Shown: positions 19,152-29,873 of the stretch, piece after piece
Numbering within the stretch: position 1 is the stretch's first letter
How the letters are laid out: each line of letters opens with the position of its first letter
NCBI GenBank assembly: GCA_017601145.1
Contig: JAFNIV010000005.1
Coordinates: 3,815 to 67,814 of the forward strand
Length of the DNA stretch: 64,000 nucleotides
Source of the DNA: Candidatus Brockarchaeota archaeon
Lineage (GTDB): Archaea; Thermoproteota; EX4484-205; JAAOZO01
Direction: 5' to 3'
Notes under the pieces: model-generated
The model's database searches: none
Told to the model about the DNA's origin: nothing
The model's input: only the letters and a program-made list of their open reading frames with translations
Position numbers and translations under genes: made by a program

Positions 19152-19448
19152 CTATTTTTCGGTTAACTCTTCTACTTCTTTTTTGCCTCTTTCAAGTTCT
19201 AGAACTTGTTCTTTATCTTCTTTTAGTAATAAAGCCTGAAATTCGCCAAAATGTGTCTTTTCTTCTTTTGCTATATCCAAAAGAACTTTCCTTATATCTT
19301 CATTGTCTGTAGCTTGAGCAAGTTGTTCATATAAGTTTATTGCATCAAGTTCAGCAATTATAGCTACTCGAAGTACTTCTTTATTGATTTCCTCTTTCTT
19401 AACCTTATCTAAATTAACAGGAACTTTTGAAATCATTTCTTGATTCAT
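19152..19448 (-). CDS. small ferritin-like protein of the encapsulated-ferritin (EncFtn) type
   Basis: 98 aa. AELDAINLYEQLA...IAKEEKTHFGEFQALL parallels the EncFtn pattern EELEAVDWY.QR...EE.EHA..LEW. Confidence 0.5.
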   Translation of the reverse strand: MNQEMISKVPVNLDKVKKEEINKEVLRVAIIAELDAINLYEQLAQATDNEDIRKVLLDIAKEEKTHFGEFQALLLKEDKEQVLELERGKKEVEELTEK

Positions 19449-19609
19449 TAGTAATACGTGTTTATAAACTTTTATGCAACTGTTCTTTAGTGCTAGATTG
19501 CGACATCTTTAAAGAATACAGAAGAATCAAAAGTTTGACCTTAATTACAAGGTTAAACTCATTTTTTGAAAAGTTTTTAAGTTGCTACTTTAGTTTAACT
19601 AGAGGCAAA

Positions 19610-20440
19610 ATGGCAAATCTAAAGTTAGGGGTAATAGTTGGACTAAGACCAAACATGGAAGAAGAATTTAAAAAGTTAAAGGATCTTGGATTTCCAACAG
19701 CACAAGTTTCTTGTTGGACTATGGAGTATTTTAACGATGAGATGGCCTTACACTTGAAAAAGACTGCTCAAGATTATGGTGTTGAAATTACAACAATGTG
19801 GACTGGTTTACCTGGAACTCCGATATGGAACTTCGTTCAAGGACCATTAACTATAGGCTTGGTTCCACTAGAAACTAGAGAAGTGAGAGCAAAAGCACTA
19901 AAGAAAGGATCAGACTTTGCAAAAAAAGTTGAAGTAGAAAGTGTAACAACGCATGTTGGTTTTATACCTGAAAATCCAAATGATCCACATTATATTACTT
20001 TGATCCCAACTCTTAAGGATGTAATAAGCTATATTGGAAAAAACGAGCAAAGTTTTTGGTTTGAAACTGGACAAGAAACTCCTGTAACTTTACTGAGAAC
20101 TATACAAGATATTGGATTAGATAATGTTGGAGTAAACTTCGACGCAGGAAATCTGATTTTATATGGTAAGGCTAATCCTGTTGATGCTCTGGATGTTATA
20201 GGCAAGTATGTAAGAGGTGTTCATGCAAAAGATGGTGAATACCCAAGAGATGGTTACAGCTTAGGTCAGGAAAAACCTTTAGGCGATGGAAAAGTAAACT
20301 ACAAGGCACTTATTCCAAAATTAGTTTCTTTAGGTTATAGAGGAGCAATTACTATAGAAAGAGAAATATCTGGGCCACAGCAAATTCAAGACATTTTGAG
20401 AGCAAAAAAGATAATTGAAGAGATCCTTAAAAACTGTTAA
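19610..20440 (+). CDS. sugar phosphate isomerase/epimerase (xylose isomerase-like TIM barrel)
   Basis: The ORF track starts at 19427, but the first 61 codons read like AT-rich leader sequence. Homology-like sequence starts at MANLKLGVIVGL (ATG 19610). Later motifs are THVGF, NFDAGN, HAKD and TIERE. Confidence 0.8.
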   Translation: MANLKLGVIVGLRPNMEEEFKKLKDLGFPTAQVSCWTMEYFNDEMALHLKKTAQDYGVEITTMWTGLPGTPIWNFVQGPLTIGLVPLETREVRAKALKKGSDFAKKVEVESVTTHVGFIPENPNDPHYITLIPTLKDVISYIGKNEQSFWFETGQETPVTLLRTIQDIGLDNVGVNFDAGNLILYGKANPVDALDVIGKYVRGVHAKDGEYPRDGYSLGQEKPLGDGKVNYKALIPKLVSLGYRGAITIEREISGPQQIQDILRAKKIIEEILKNC

Positions 20441-20520
20441 TTTACTACTACTCATAAGTGGCTTAAAAAGGATTACATGGAAAAAATTTTTATAATGTTT
20501 CTGCAACAAGAGCGCAGAAA

Positions 20521-20703
20521 ATGATACTCTTCAAAAAGAAAAAGGAAAAAACAAAAGCTGAAAAAATAGCAGAAGCTTTAATAAATAAAATTGGAAAAGA
20601 AAAACTAGATGATGAAGCTACAAAGCTATACTTTCAGGGAATTCAGGACTATGAAGAACAAATGGAAATCTTAGCAAAAAAATACGGAATAGAAGTTAGT
20701 TAA
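20521..20703 (+). CDS. small lysine/glutamate-rich hypothetical protein
   Basis: 60-aa ORF in an otherwise empty gap. No recognisable motif. Confidence 0.3.
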   Translation: MILFKKKKEKTKAEKIAEALINKIGKEKLDDEATKLYFQGIQDYEEQMEILAKKYGIEVS

Positions 20704-20706
20704 GGC

Positions 20707-21777
20707 TCAAAAATCCCATTCTACGGGTACTTCTTTTCCTTTTTCTGCGGAGTTATATATTGCATCTAAAATTGCTTGAACCTTCAGACCTTCTATAGCT
20801 GGAGAAAACAGAGCTTTACCACTCTTTACAGATTCTACAAATTTAGCAATTCTTTGATTGTATATGTCAACTTCTGGAATCTTATCTTGAGGGGTTATTG
20901 TAACTCTTGATCCCATTATTTCTTTATACAGCTCTAAAGGTTTTAGTTGTGCTCCTCCTTTTGTCCCAAGTAGAACTAGATTAAGCCCATCTTCTTTTAT
21001 GAAAGAAGCCCAGTTTGTTTCAAGCAGCATCGACATACCATTTTCAAACTTTATGAACGCAAAAGCATTATCTTCAACCTGAAATTCTTCTGGTTTCCAA
21101 GCTCCGCCCCAGCCTCCTTTTTTTGCCATCTCTGGGTTTTTTCCAAACTTATTATAAGTAACACCAAGAACTGATTTTGGTTTTGGGAAACCAAGTACGT
21201 ACATCGCAGAATCTACAGCATAGCAGCCTATGTCTAGAAGTGGCCCTCCTCCAGATAAACTCTTGTTAAGAAAAGTTGGGCTGACTGGAATTCCCCATCT
21301 CCGCAAGTGTAATGCTTCTGAATAATAAATTTCTCCTAGTTCTCCGGACTCTACTAGAGTTTTTAATGCTATTATATCTACACGAAATCTTGTTTGATAT
21401 CCGACTATTAAAATTTTGTTGTACTTCTTAGAAGCTTCGTACATTTCTTTAGCATCTTTTAAACTTCCAGCCATAGGCTTCTCAGTAAGAACGTGAGCTC
21501 CGTGCTTCATTGCAGCTATTGCAGGATCTTTATGAAGAACATTTGGGGTACAAACGCTTACAGCATCTAAGTTTTCCTTTTCAAGCATCTCATTGTAGTC
21601 TTTGTAGTATTTTGCGATGTTAAATTCTTCTGCTGTTTTTTTAGCAGCCTCAATATTTACGTCAGCACACGCAACAATTTCTACATCTGAAATTTTTTTA
21701 TAGTTTGGAATATGAGTTGCTCTTGCTATTCCACCACAACCAATGATTCCAACTTTTATTTTTTCCGTCATGCGCAA
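20707..21777 (-). CDS. Gfo/Idh/MocA family oxidoreductase
   Basis: 356 aa. It has an N-terminal Rossmann motif, KVGIIGCGGIARATHIPNY, and an EKP motif (LTEKPMA). Confidence 0.85.
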   Translation of the reverse strand: MRMTEKIKVGIIGCGGIARATHIPNYKKISDVEIVACADVNIEAAKKTAEEFNIAKYYKDYNEMLEKENLDAVSVCTPNVLHKDPAIAAMKHGAHVLTEKPMAGSLKDAKEMYEASKKYNKILIVGYQTRFRVDIIALKTLVESGELGEIYYSEALHLRRWGIPVSPTFLNKSLSGGGPLLDIGCYAVDSAMYVLGFPKPKSVLGVTYNKFGKNPEMAKKGGWGGAWKPEEFQVEDNAFAFIKFENGMSMLLETNWASFIKEDGLNLVLLGTKGGAQLKPLELYKEIMGSRVTITPQDKIPEVDIYNQRIAKFVESVKSGKALFSPAIEGLKVQAILDAIYNSAEKGKEVPVEWDF

Positions 21778-21886
21778 GAAAAGAGAGATTGCATTTAAAT
21801 ATGTTTTCTTTTTACTAATGAATTTGTAGTTCAGTAAGTTACGAAACTCTATAAACTAAAAAGTTGAAAAAATGATTTTTTAGCAA

Positions 21887-22840
21887 TTAAAGTTCTAAAC
21901 TTCTCATCCACGTCCCAATTTTTTGCAATATTTCTACTTGTTCTGGAACCAACTTACCATTTGGCAATGGGCCTACATTAAGTAGTAGGTTTGCACCTTT
22001 AGACCAGGCTTTATTAAAGTATTCTTTTATAGTATCTAAGGATTTATAATTTTTGTCTGAAGAGTTATATCCCCAACTATTGTTCATGGTAAGACATGTT
22101 TCCAATGGAAGATTTGAAACATTTGCCTTGTTAAAGCCAGCTGTATTTTCACCTGGAATATCTTGCTCAAATATTTGAAAATCCTCTCCATAGAACGGAT
22201 CTACGTGGTGGTTGTTTCCAATTAGAGCAGAAGGTTGTAAGTCATGAATTGTTTCGTACAATTCATTAAGTTTCCAGTTAGCATTTGGTTTATCCCACCA
22301 ACCATCAAACCAAAGTCCACCAATTTCACCATAGTTTGTACAAAGTTCCTTAACTTGGCCATGGTAGTACTCAAGATACTTTTCCCAGTTACCTCCTTCA
22401 GGTCTTCCAGAGTATTGTCCTGTCATCCCTAATGGATAATAGTCTGGATGATGCCAATCTAGAAGAGAGTAGTAAAAGAAAACTTTTAACCCCTCCTTTC
22501 TACATGCTTCAACCAGTTCTTTTGTTATATCTCTCCTAAATGGAGTGTTCGTTACTTTATAGTTAGTGAGTTTTGTGTCAAACATACAAAAACCATCATG
22601 ATGCTTTGTTGTAAATGTTATGTACTTTGCTCCAGAATATTTAAATATTCTACACCACTCCTCTGCATTGAACAAGGTTGGATTAAAAATATCTTTAAGT
22701 TTTTCGTAGTCTTTTATTGGGATTTTTTCATTTTGCATTACCCACTCTCCTCGTCCTAATATAGAGTATATACCCCAATGAATGAATATTCCAAACCTAG
22801 CGTTTTTGAACCACTCTATCGCTTTCTCTCGCTCTTTCAT
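21887..22840 (-). CDS. alpha-L-fucosidase (GH29), catalytic domain only
   Basis: 317 aa. ARFGIFIHWGIYS, FTTKHHDGF and WFDGWW are typical of GH29. No C-terminal beta-sandwich domain is present. Confidence 0.8.
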   Translation of the reverse strand: MKEREKAIEWFKNARFGIFIHWGIYSILGRGEWVMQNEKIPIKDYEKLKDIFNPTLFNAEEWCRIFKYSGAKYITFTTKHHDGFCMFDTKLTNYKVTNTPFRRDITKELVEACRKEGLKVFFYYSLLDWHHPDYYPLGMTGQYSGRPEGGNWEKYLEYYHGQVKELCTNYGEIGGLWFDGWWDKPNANWKLNELYETIHDLQPSALIGNNHHVDPFYGEDFQIFEQDIPGENTAGFNKANVSNLPLETCLTMNNSWGYNSSDKNYKSLDTIKEYFNKAWSKGANLLLNVGPLPNGKLVPEQVEILQKIGTWMRSLEL

Positions 22841-22885
22841 AAATTAGTGTTATCTTTCAAAGTATTTAAGTATTTAAAAGGAAAG

Positions 22886-24058
22886 CTACATTGGCTTTTG
22901 CGGATTAAGTAAAGTAAAAAACATTCTTGCAACTTCGTAGTCCTCTTTCTGTAACAAGATAGTGTCAAGTACTCTTCCTTCTACTTCAGAAACAAACTCG
23001 TCTATAAATTTTGAGGGGATTTCAACCAAACTATCAACTAGATCTAGAGCCATTGGAAGGTTTGTGGATTCGTTAAAGAAGTCTTTTTGTCCAAGCCAAT
23101 CATGTACTTTCTTGGTACCAACTGAAGAAGGATATTCCACTTCACAAGGAGGAAGGTTGTTGTAAGCTTTAACTTGCAGACGGCGCATTTCCTTTATGCC
23201 ATCTTTCTGTAATTTTAATGCTTCAAATGGTGCAAAAACTTTTCTTTCAGCTTCTTTTAGTGGATCCTCTTTAGGCCAATTTTTAGTTAAAGCAAACTGT
23301 GCTAGTTGAGTATATACTTGTACTGGAATTTCTCCAATTAGGTCCTCATAATTAAATATAGTTTGCTCAGGCATTAGAATTGAAAGTGTAAGTTTATCGA
23401 TAATAGTTACAAGGGGGTTCTCTCTATCCTTAAGCGAAATATAACCACCTATAGCACGGGTATGACTTCGCTTTATTATACCTATTGCTTTTCCACTTTT
23501 TCTTATTTTTTCTGTTATTTCAAAGGTTTCTCTCATAAGCTTCTCTTCTTGAGCCCCATAAAGCCCAACTTTTTTCATCCTTAAAACAGGATATAAAAAG
23601 CTATAAAAACTACCATCCAAGATTAAAAGATCACATTTTTCCAATGCTTCTAATGCAAGTTTTCTTTCGACATAAGTTGACAATAAATCGAAGAAGTATT
23701 TACTTTTATCTTGAGATAACGCTTGCTTTCTCTTAAAAGTTCCTGCTTCAAACTTCTCATCTTTTTTCTTTACACCTTCTAAATATACCACCCCAGTAGC
23801 AAAAACACCATACCTTACTCCTAATCTTTCACTAAGCCTTGGAGATCTTGAGCCATCAACAGCAGCAACTGTTCTTACCTTACTCGAAGTCTCGAATTTT
23901 CTTATGTATGGCATTACAAGCTTTTTTAACTCATTAAGTTTACTACTTAGTTCTTGAATTGCTTTTGTTGTAATATTAGCTTCCTGCTCAGCAAACTCAA
24001 AGAAGCGGTGTTGAAGGTCAAGAGGTAATGTTACCCAATCTAATGGTTCTTCACTCAA
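22886..24058 (-). CDS. nurA: NurA-like nuclease
   Basis: 390 aa. It has the motifs AAVDGS and LILDGSF. It overlaps the upstream herA-like gene by 4 nt. Confidence 0.7.
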   Translation of the reverse strand: MSEEPLDWVTLPLDLQHRFFEFAEQEANITTKAIQELSSKLNELKKLVMPYIRKFETSSKVRTVAAVDGSRSPRLSERLGVRYGVFATGVVYLEGVKKKDEKFEAGTFKRKQALSQDKSKYFFDLLSTYVERKLALEALEKCDLLILDGSFYSFLYPVLRMKKVGLYGAQEEKLMRETFEITEKIRKSGKAIGIIKRSHTRAIGGYISLKDRENPLVTIIDKLTLSILMPEQTIFNYEDLIGEIPVQVYTQLAQFALTKNWPKEDPLKEAERKVFAPFEALKLQKDGIKEMRRLQVKAYNNLPPCEVEYPSSVGTKKVHDWLGQKDFFNESTNLPMALDLVDSLVEIPSKFIDEFVSEVEGRVLDTILLQKEDYEVARMFFTLLNPQKPM

Positions 24059-25545
24059 ATTTCTTCACCTGGAGGTTCATAAGTTACAAGCAGTGGGACA
24101 GGTGAAGGGTTCATAGCACCTGAGAAGTAAAACTTTCCTGGCTTTAACTGTAACATCTGATCAGCATTTATGCCATATGGAGAAAGCCACTCTAAAGCGC
24201 CACCTTCTCCGCCAGCATCTAATGGATGTATTCTTCCAAAGAAATGGGAGTTAAGGTTTCTCCTTACTGAAGCATTTATTCCTATTTCTCCTTTTATTCC
24301 TTGTGCAATTAAAGTTAAGTTAAGCATCCTTTTTCTTCCAAGTGCTGCTAAGTTTTTTATCATTTCCGAAGTTTCACTTTGAATTCCTCTTGGTTCCCAT
24401 GGAGCATATTGCGGAGCTTCGTCTATTACCAATGCAATATTTACATCATTTCCAGATTCCATTATACTATAAAGTTGCTTTGCAAGAGACAAGAAAAACC
24501 CAAGCTTAGCTTCTGCTATTGTACCTCCCATATCAACTACAAGTACCTTTTTATTTTCGAACTTCTTAAGTAACTCTTCTATGCTTATTGTGCCCATTAC
24601 TGGAGCTAAGTCACGTGGTTTTAGTCTTCTGAATACTCTCCTTGCTGCTCTTAATGCAGAAGATTGCCAATCTTTTCTAGTTATATTGTTTATACTTTTT
24701 TCAACATATTCTTTAAGTTGTACATATAAGACCTCAGCAGGGTCTTTACTTATTGAAGGAAGATTAGCTATTGCTTTTACTTTTTCAGTCCAACCTTCTA
24801 TAAACTCATCAAAACCATCTTTTACGTTATCGTTTCTTGAAAAGTCATAGGTTTTATCTTGAAAATAACTTAGGATAGCTTCTTCGTCAAGTGCTATTTC
24901 TGTAATTTTCATGATTTCAACTTCATTTGAGTCTTGAAGATATGGTACATAGTCAGTACCACTCCAATCAAGTATTAAGACTTTATAACCTGCATTTATA
25001 TAAAGTGGGACAAGAACATAACGTGTGAACCAAGACTTTCCACTTCCTGTACTACCATAGATACCTACATGGTAAGGAATAAAGTTTTTCAGTACAGGAA
25101 CTTTCCACATTTTATGGTTTTCTAAGTGAGCATCCATCCATAAGACTTCATTTCCTTTTACTATTTTTTCTAAGGGTTTATCCTCTTCCTCTTGCAAGTA
25201 AACAGGAGAACGAGGTTGAATTATGATTTTGTTAAGCTCTATACCATTTTCAGTAATTACACCTATTGGTTTTATCACAAAAGAATAAACTTCTCTAGCT
25301 CCTGAAGGTTCACCTCCATGACGCATATAGGCTACATCGGGTCTATAAGCAGTATGGCTAAGGAATTCATTTTTTCCAAGCCCTTCTCTAAGTACGCCTA
25401 GTATTTGATTTATTGGTCTTTCATCTCCTCCGTTCTTTATTACGACAAGTTCTTCAGAAGAAACACTCCTTTCGAAGTCTTTTAACAAGATTAGTCTAGC
25501 TGTTGTTTCGGTCGAGCCATCCGCTATTCTTCCTATAAATTTCAT
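24055..25545 (-). CDS. herA: HerA-like (DUF87/FtsK-HerA superfamily) ATPase
   Basis: 496 aa. It has an N-terminal barrel-like region, Walker A GIYGSTGSGKS and Walker B LVIDEAPQY. Confidence 0.8.
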   Translation of the reverse strand: MKFIGRIADGSTETTARLILLKDFERSVSSEELVVIKNGGDERPINQILGVLREGLGKNEFLSHTAYRPDVAYMRHGGEPSGAREVYSFVIKPIGVITENGIELNKIIIQPRSPVYLQEEEDKPLEKIVKGNEVLWMDAHLENHKMWKVPVLKNFIPYHVGIYGSTGSGKSWFTRYVLVPLYINAGYKVLILDWSGTDYVPYLQDSNEVEIMKITEIALDEEAILSYFQDKTYDFSRNDNVKDGFDEFIEGWTEKVKAIANLPSISKDPAEVLYVQLKEYVEKSINNITRKDWQSSALRAARRVFRRLKPRDLAPVMGTISIEELLKKFENKKVLVVDMGGTIAEAKLGFFLSLAKQLYSIMESGNDVNIALVIDEAPQYAPWEPRGIQSETSEMIKNLAALGRKRMLNLTLIAQGIKGEIGINASVRRNLNSHFFGRIHPLDAGGEGGALEWLSPYGINADQMLQLKPGKFYFSGAMNPSPVPLLVTYEPPGEEI

Positions 25546-25764
25546 ATTCTTTCGTATAAGATCTACAAAACTATTGTTAAATCTTTCTTTTTGTTTACTG
25601 GTAGAGCATTTGAGTTAAAAAGTAAAAGAATAAATTCTAGAACCCAAACCAATTTATGGTTTCGAAAAATTTTGAGTTGGTAGTCGTCTGATAAAATGAA
25701 ATCGCCTTGTTCTAAATGATAAAAAAGTGATACCCTCTTTAGTAAAGATAAGAGATAAGCTAAC

Positions 25765-26751
25765 TTAAACTCGTCCAGCAAAGAGCCTTATGTACTCTTT
25801 AGCTTTTTCTTTTACTTTATCACGAGCAGCACTACCAAACTTTCTAAAATCTTTTTCGCTTGGGTTAGCCTTGTAAGTGTTGACAAAGCCTTCAATAAAG
25901 GCGATAGAAAGAGCTGTAGCAACATTAACTTTTGTAACACCACCAGTTTTGATGGCATCTAGAAGAGTCCCTTCACCTTTCATAAGAACAATTCCTTTTT
26001 CGTGGGCGTCTTTAGGAGTCATAAGTATTCCAGAAGAGCCATGAGAAACAAGAGGAATACGCATTCTTTCTTGTATAGCAATAAGCCTATCGATCCTTAC
26101 CGGCCATATGTCATCCCAGATACCATGTATAGATCCAAAGGCAGCAGCAAGAAAATCACAACCAGTTTTCTTTACGAAGTACTCAACATCCTCAGGCTTA
26201 GCCATGAGTTCTTCAACAGACTTTCCAGCTCTCTCACGGATTATTCTTACTGCTTCTGCTGGTTGAAGTGACCTTAATTGAGCAATTTCAGCCGAAGAGA
26301 AATAGTCTTCAATTTTTGGAATTTTTCCAAGTTCAGCTTCTACTGGTACTCCTTTTTCATGACACATTTCAACAACCTTTCGAGTTTGTTTTATGTTTTC
26401 TTCAAGAGGTAAAGAAGAACCATCAAAAAGTACAGCAGTGAACCCTGCATCAAGAGCCTTTTTGACTTGCTCAATTTCGGTTGCATGATCAAGGTTAAGA
26501 GCAATACGAATATCTGTTTCTGATGCAGCGATCTTAACCATTCCAGCTCCTAATGCCCATCCAGCATACTTACTTGCTCCAGGACTCAACTGAATTATTA
26601 GGTCTACCTGTTCTCCAATTTCTTTAGAAACTTCTTCGGCAGCCCATATAAAAGCTTGTACCATCTCCATATTGTTTGCGTTAAAAGCACCTACAGCTTT
26701 ACCTTCCTTCAGAGCAGGTAGAAGTAAATCTCGCTCATTCACTAGAGGCAT
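25765..26751 (-). CDS. class II ketose-bisphosphate (fructose/tagatose) aldolase
   Basis: AFNANNMEM, LNLDHA, FDGS and VEAELG motifs. The ATG at 26751 (MPLVNERDLL) is preceded by GGAGGG; the ORF track starts 7 codons earlier. Confidence 0.8.
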   Translation of the reverse strand: MPLVNERDLLLPALKEGKAVGAFNANNMEMVQAFIWAAEEVSKEIGEQVDLIIQLSPGASKYAGWALGAGMVKIAASETDIRIALNLDHATEIEQVKKALDAGFTAVLFDGSSLPLEENIKQTRKVVEMCHEKGVPVEAELGKIPKIEDYFSSAEIAQLRSLQPAEAVRIIRERAGKSVEELMAKPEDVEYFVKKTGCDFLAAAFGSIHGIWDDIWPVRIDRLIAIQERMRIPLVSHGSSGILMTPKDAHEKGIVLMKGEGTLLDAIKTGGVTKVNVATALSIAFIEGFVNTYKANPSEKDFRKFGSAARDKVKEKAKEYIRLFAGRV

Positions 26752-26965
26752 ATTGGTCCCTCCATTCTTCATAGGAGAAGGTATAAAAACTTTATTTTAG
26801 AGACTTTACAGGAAGTTGATATGTTTTAACTTGAAAGTCTTATCGTTGTATTTCTGTAGTGTAAGTATATAGTTTCTTTTTGAAGATTATTTTTGTTGAA
26901 AAATACCCTAAGCTAATAGAAAAAAGTTTATTAAGATAGCTAAAAAATATTAAATCAGAAAGAAG

Positions 26966-29170
26966 ATGAGTCAAAGACAATTTACGTTAAAAGTTGCTGA
27001 AGCTTATCCAAATGATGCAGGGAGAGGCATAGTTAGAATTGATCCTCAAGTAGCAAAAGATATGGGTTTAACTTCTGGTGATGTAGTTGAAATTGTTGGA
27101 AAGAGAAGAACTTTTGCTATTTATTGGCATGGTAGACCAGAAGATTCTGGAAAAGAAGTAATTAGGATGGATAAACAAACAAGAGAAAATGCTGGTGTTG
27201 GATTAGATGATAAGGTTACAATAAAAAGAGTTGAGGCAAAGATAGCTGAAAGAGTTACTTTGGCTCCAACTCAACCGTTAAGAATATTTGGGGGAGAATC
27301 TTATATACTTCAATTGCTTGAAGGAAGAGTTGTTGCAAGAGGTGATATCGTTACAATAAATATAATGAGAAACAAAGTTGACTTCGTTGTTACAGGAATA
27401 TCCCCACAAGTTGAAGCAGTAATTATAACTCCTGAAACAAACATTACGATAAGTGAAGAAGTTGCTAAAGGAATTCCAAGTGGAGTTCCAAGAGTTAGTT
27501 ATGAAGACATAGGAGGTCTTAGAGATGCCATTCAAAAAATAAGAGAAATGGTTGAACTCCCACTAAGGCATCCAGAACTTTTTGAAAGGTTGGGCATTGA
27601 AGCTCCGAAGGGAGTTTTACTTTATGGTCCACCTGGAACTGGAAAGACTTTGTTAGCTAAGGCAGTTGCAAGTGAAAGTAATGCTAACTTTTTCTCGATA
27701 AGTGGTCCAGAGGTAATGAGTAAATTCTATGGAGAAAGTGAAGAAAGGCTAAGAGAAATATTTAAGCAAGCAAAAGAAAACGCACCAAGTATCATATTCA
27801 TAGATGAGATCGACAGTATTGCTCCAAAGAGAGAAGAAGTTACAGGAGAGGTAGAAAAAAGAGTAGTTTCTCAACTTCTTGCCTTGATGGATGGCCTTGA
27901 GTCAAGAGGAAAAGTTGTTGTAATAGGTGCAACAAATAGACCAAATGCTATAGATCCTGCTCTAAGAAGACCTGGAAGGTTCGATAGAGAAATAGAAATA
28001 GGAGTTCCAGATAGGCAGGGAAGGTTAGAAATACTACAAATTCATACTAGAGGTATGCCTTTAGCTAAAGACGTAGATCTTACAAGAATTGCAGATATAA
28101 CACATGGCTTCGTTGGAGCAGACCTTGCTGCACTCTGTAAGGAAGCCGCAATGAGGGCATTAAGACGAGTACTACCAGAAATAGACCTTCAAGCAGAAAA
28201 GATTCCTGCAGAAGTTTTAAACAAAATTCAAGTTACAATGCAAGACTTCCAAGATGCTTTAAAAGATGTTGAACCAAGTGCTATGAGAGAAGTTTTAGTT
28301 GAAGTTCCAAATGTACATTGGGAAGACGTAGGAGGTTTAAGTAATGTAAAAGAAGAACTTCAAGAAGCTGTAGAGTGGCCTCTAAAGTATGGAGAGGTTT
28401 TTGAATATACAAACACAAAGCCTCCTAAGGGTGTATTCTTATTTGGGCCTCCTGGGACTGGAAAAACACTTCTAGCTAAAGCACTAGCAAATGAAAGCGA
28501 AGCTAACTTCATAAGCATAAAAGGGCCAGAAATCTTAAGTAAATGGGTTGGAGAATCTGAAAGAGCAATAAGAGAAATATTTAGAAAGGCTAAGCAAGCA
28601 GCACCATGCATAGTCTTCATTGACGAAATAGATAGCGTTGCACCAGCTAGAGGCTATGGGACTTCAGATTCAAATGTTATGGAAAGAGTAGTTGCTCAAC
28701 TGTTAACAGAACTTGATGGGCTTGAAGAGTTAAGCAACGTAGTGGTAATTGCCGCAACTAACAGGCCAGATATTGTAGATCCTGCTTTACTTAGGCCAGG
28801 ACGATTCGATAGAATTATTTACGTTCCACCTCCCGACCTAGAAGCTAGAAAGGAAATATTCAAGATACATACAAAGAAAAAGCCTATAGCTTCTGACGTC
28901 AATTTTGATAAGCTTGCAGAAATAACAGAAGGCTACACTGGAGCAGATATTGCTGCTATATGTGAAACCGCTTCTATGTTAGCAATAAGAGAATATATTA
29001 AAAAGAATAGCCCAGAAACTGCAAAAAATAGTTTAAAAGAAATAAAAATAGAAATGAGACACTTTGAGGAAGCTCTAAAGAAACTAGGCCCAACGATCAA
29101 GAAGCAAATTGACATGTACAAGCAAGTATCAGAAAGATTTCTTTCTACGTATGAAAGTACTTTAGCCTAA
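26966..29170 (+). CDS. cdc48: CDC48/VAT-type AAA+ ATPase
   Basis: 734 aa. It has an N-terminal substrate-recognition domain and two AAA modules, each with [13 protein letters not shown] and FIDEIDS. Confidence 0.95.
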   Translation: MSQRQFTLKVAEAYPNDAGRGIVRIDPQVAKDMGLTSGDVVEIVGKRRTFAIYWHGRPEDSGKEVIRMDKQTRENAGVGLDDKVTIKRVEAKIAERVTLAPTQPLRIFGGESYILQLLEGRVVARGDIVTINIMRNKVDFVVTGISPQVEAVIITPETNITISEEVAKGIPSGVPRVSYEDIGGLRDAIQKIREMVELPLRHPELFERLGIEAPKGVLLYGPPGTGKTLLAKAVASESNANFFSISGPEVMSKFYGESEERLREIFKQAKENAPSIIFIDEIDSIAPKREEVTGEVEKRVVSQLLALMDGLESRGKVVVIGATNRPNAIDPALRRPGRFDREIEIGVPDRQGRLEILQIHTRGMPLAKDVDLTRIADITHGFVGADLAALCKEAAMRALRRVLPEIDLQAEKIPAEVLNKIQVTMQDFQDALKDVEPSAMREVLVEVPNVHWEDVGGLSNVKEELQEAVEWPLKYGEVFEYTNTKPPKGVFLFGPPGTGKTLLAKALANESEANFISIKGPEILSKWVGESERAIREIFRKAKQAAPCIVFIDEIDSVAPARGYGTSDSNVMERVVAQLLTELDGLEELSNVVVIAATNRPDIVDPALLRPGRFDRIIYVPPPDLEARKEIFKIHTKKKPIASDVNFDKLAEITEGYTGADIAAICETASMLAIREYIKKNSPETAKNSLKEIKIEMRHFEEALKKLGPTIKKQIDMYKQVSERFLSTYESTLA

Positions 29171-29194
29171 AAAGCTCTTATAATTTCAAAGTAC

Positions 29195-29758
29195 TTACTC
29201 AATCTTTATTGGAGATCCCTTTGATTCTTCTTTTGTCTTCTTTAAGTCTACTTCTAGTACTCCATTTTTGTATGTTGATTTTGCTTGTTTAGGATCAACT
29301 TTTGCTGGTAATTCTACTTCCTTATAGTATTTTCTCTGTGGTGTATCAACCTTTATTGTTAAAGTAGTTTCCGTGGCATACAAGTTTATGTCACTCTTTT
29401 CTACACCTGGTACTTCAGCAACCACCCTTATCCTGTCTTCTTCGTCGATAACATCAACTAACGGTTCTCTTAGCTTTTTAACTTCTATGCCCTTTCTTCT
29501 TTCTGGTTTAAAGTTTCCAAATTCTCGAATCACAGGTTCTCCATCAGGCCCAATTGTAACAGAGTAACCATAAACGAATGGTCCAAATTCTCTGACTTTG
29601 CTTCCGTCTGGTAGATTCCTTTCTCTTACTAGTTCTTTTGGAACTTCATTTTCAAAATCTTTAAAAGATTCTTTGAATAGCTCATCAATCTCGTTCATTA
29701 ACTCTTCGAAGTACCTAAAGTACCTCCTTCTGAACCATTCATCTATGTCATCTTCCAT
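29195..29758 (-). CDS. small heat shock protein (Hsp20/alpha-crystallin) with long N-terminal extension
   Basis: 187 aa. The C-terminal alpha-crystallin pattern is VDVIDEEDRIRVVAEVPGV...YKNGVLEV. Confidence 0.85.
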   Translation of the reverse strand: MEDDIDEWFRRRYFRYFEELMNEIDELFKESFKDFENEVPKELVRERNLPDGSKVREFGPFVYGYSVTIGPDGEPVIREFGNFKPERRKGIEVKKLREPLVDVIDEEDRIRVVAEVPGVEKSDINLYATETTLTIKVDTPQRKYYKEVELPAKVDPKQAKSTYKNGVLEVDLKKTKEESKGSPIKIE

Positions 29759-29873
29759 TTTGCTTCACCTATTTTAGAGTAGCTTAGATAAATTTAAACT
29801 TTTATTTTATATTTATAAAGAAGTTTCCCTTAAAAAGTTTTATAAGTTACTAAAATAGAGAAGATAACGAAAG

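Noticed and set aside
21887-22840. Possible programmed -1 frameshift or split gene, as in the Saccharolobus solfataricus alpha-fucosidase.
   Set aside because: The ORF is continuous from a normal N-terminus through the GH29 catalytic motifs. Only about 110 nt of non-coding DNA follows. There is no second fucosidase fragment and no slippery-site evidence.
25563-25781. 72-aa ORF between herA and the aldolase gene.
   Set aside because: It overlaps the aldolase 3' end and is a translation of an AT-rich intergenic region. It has no motif and no ribosome-binding or promoter context.
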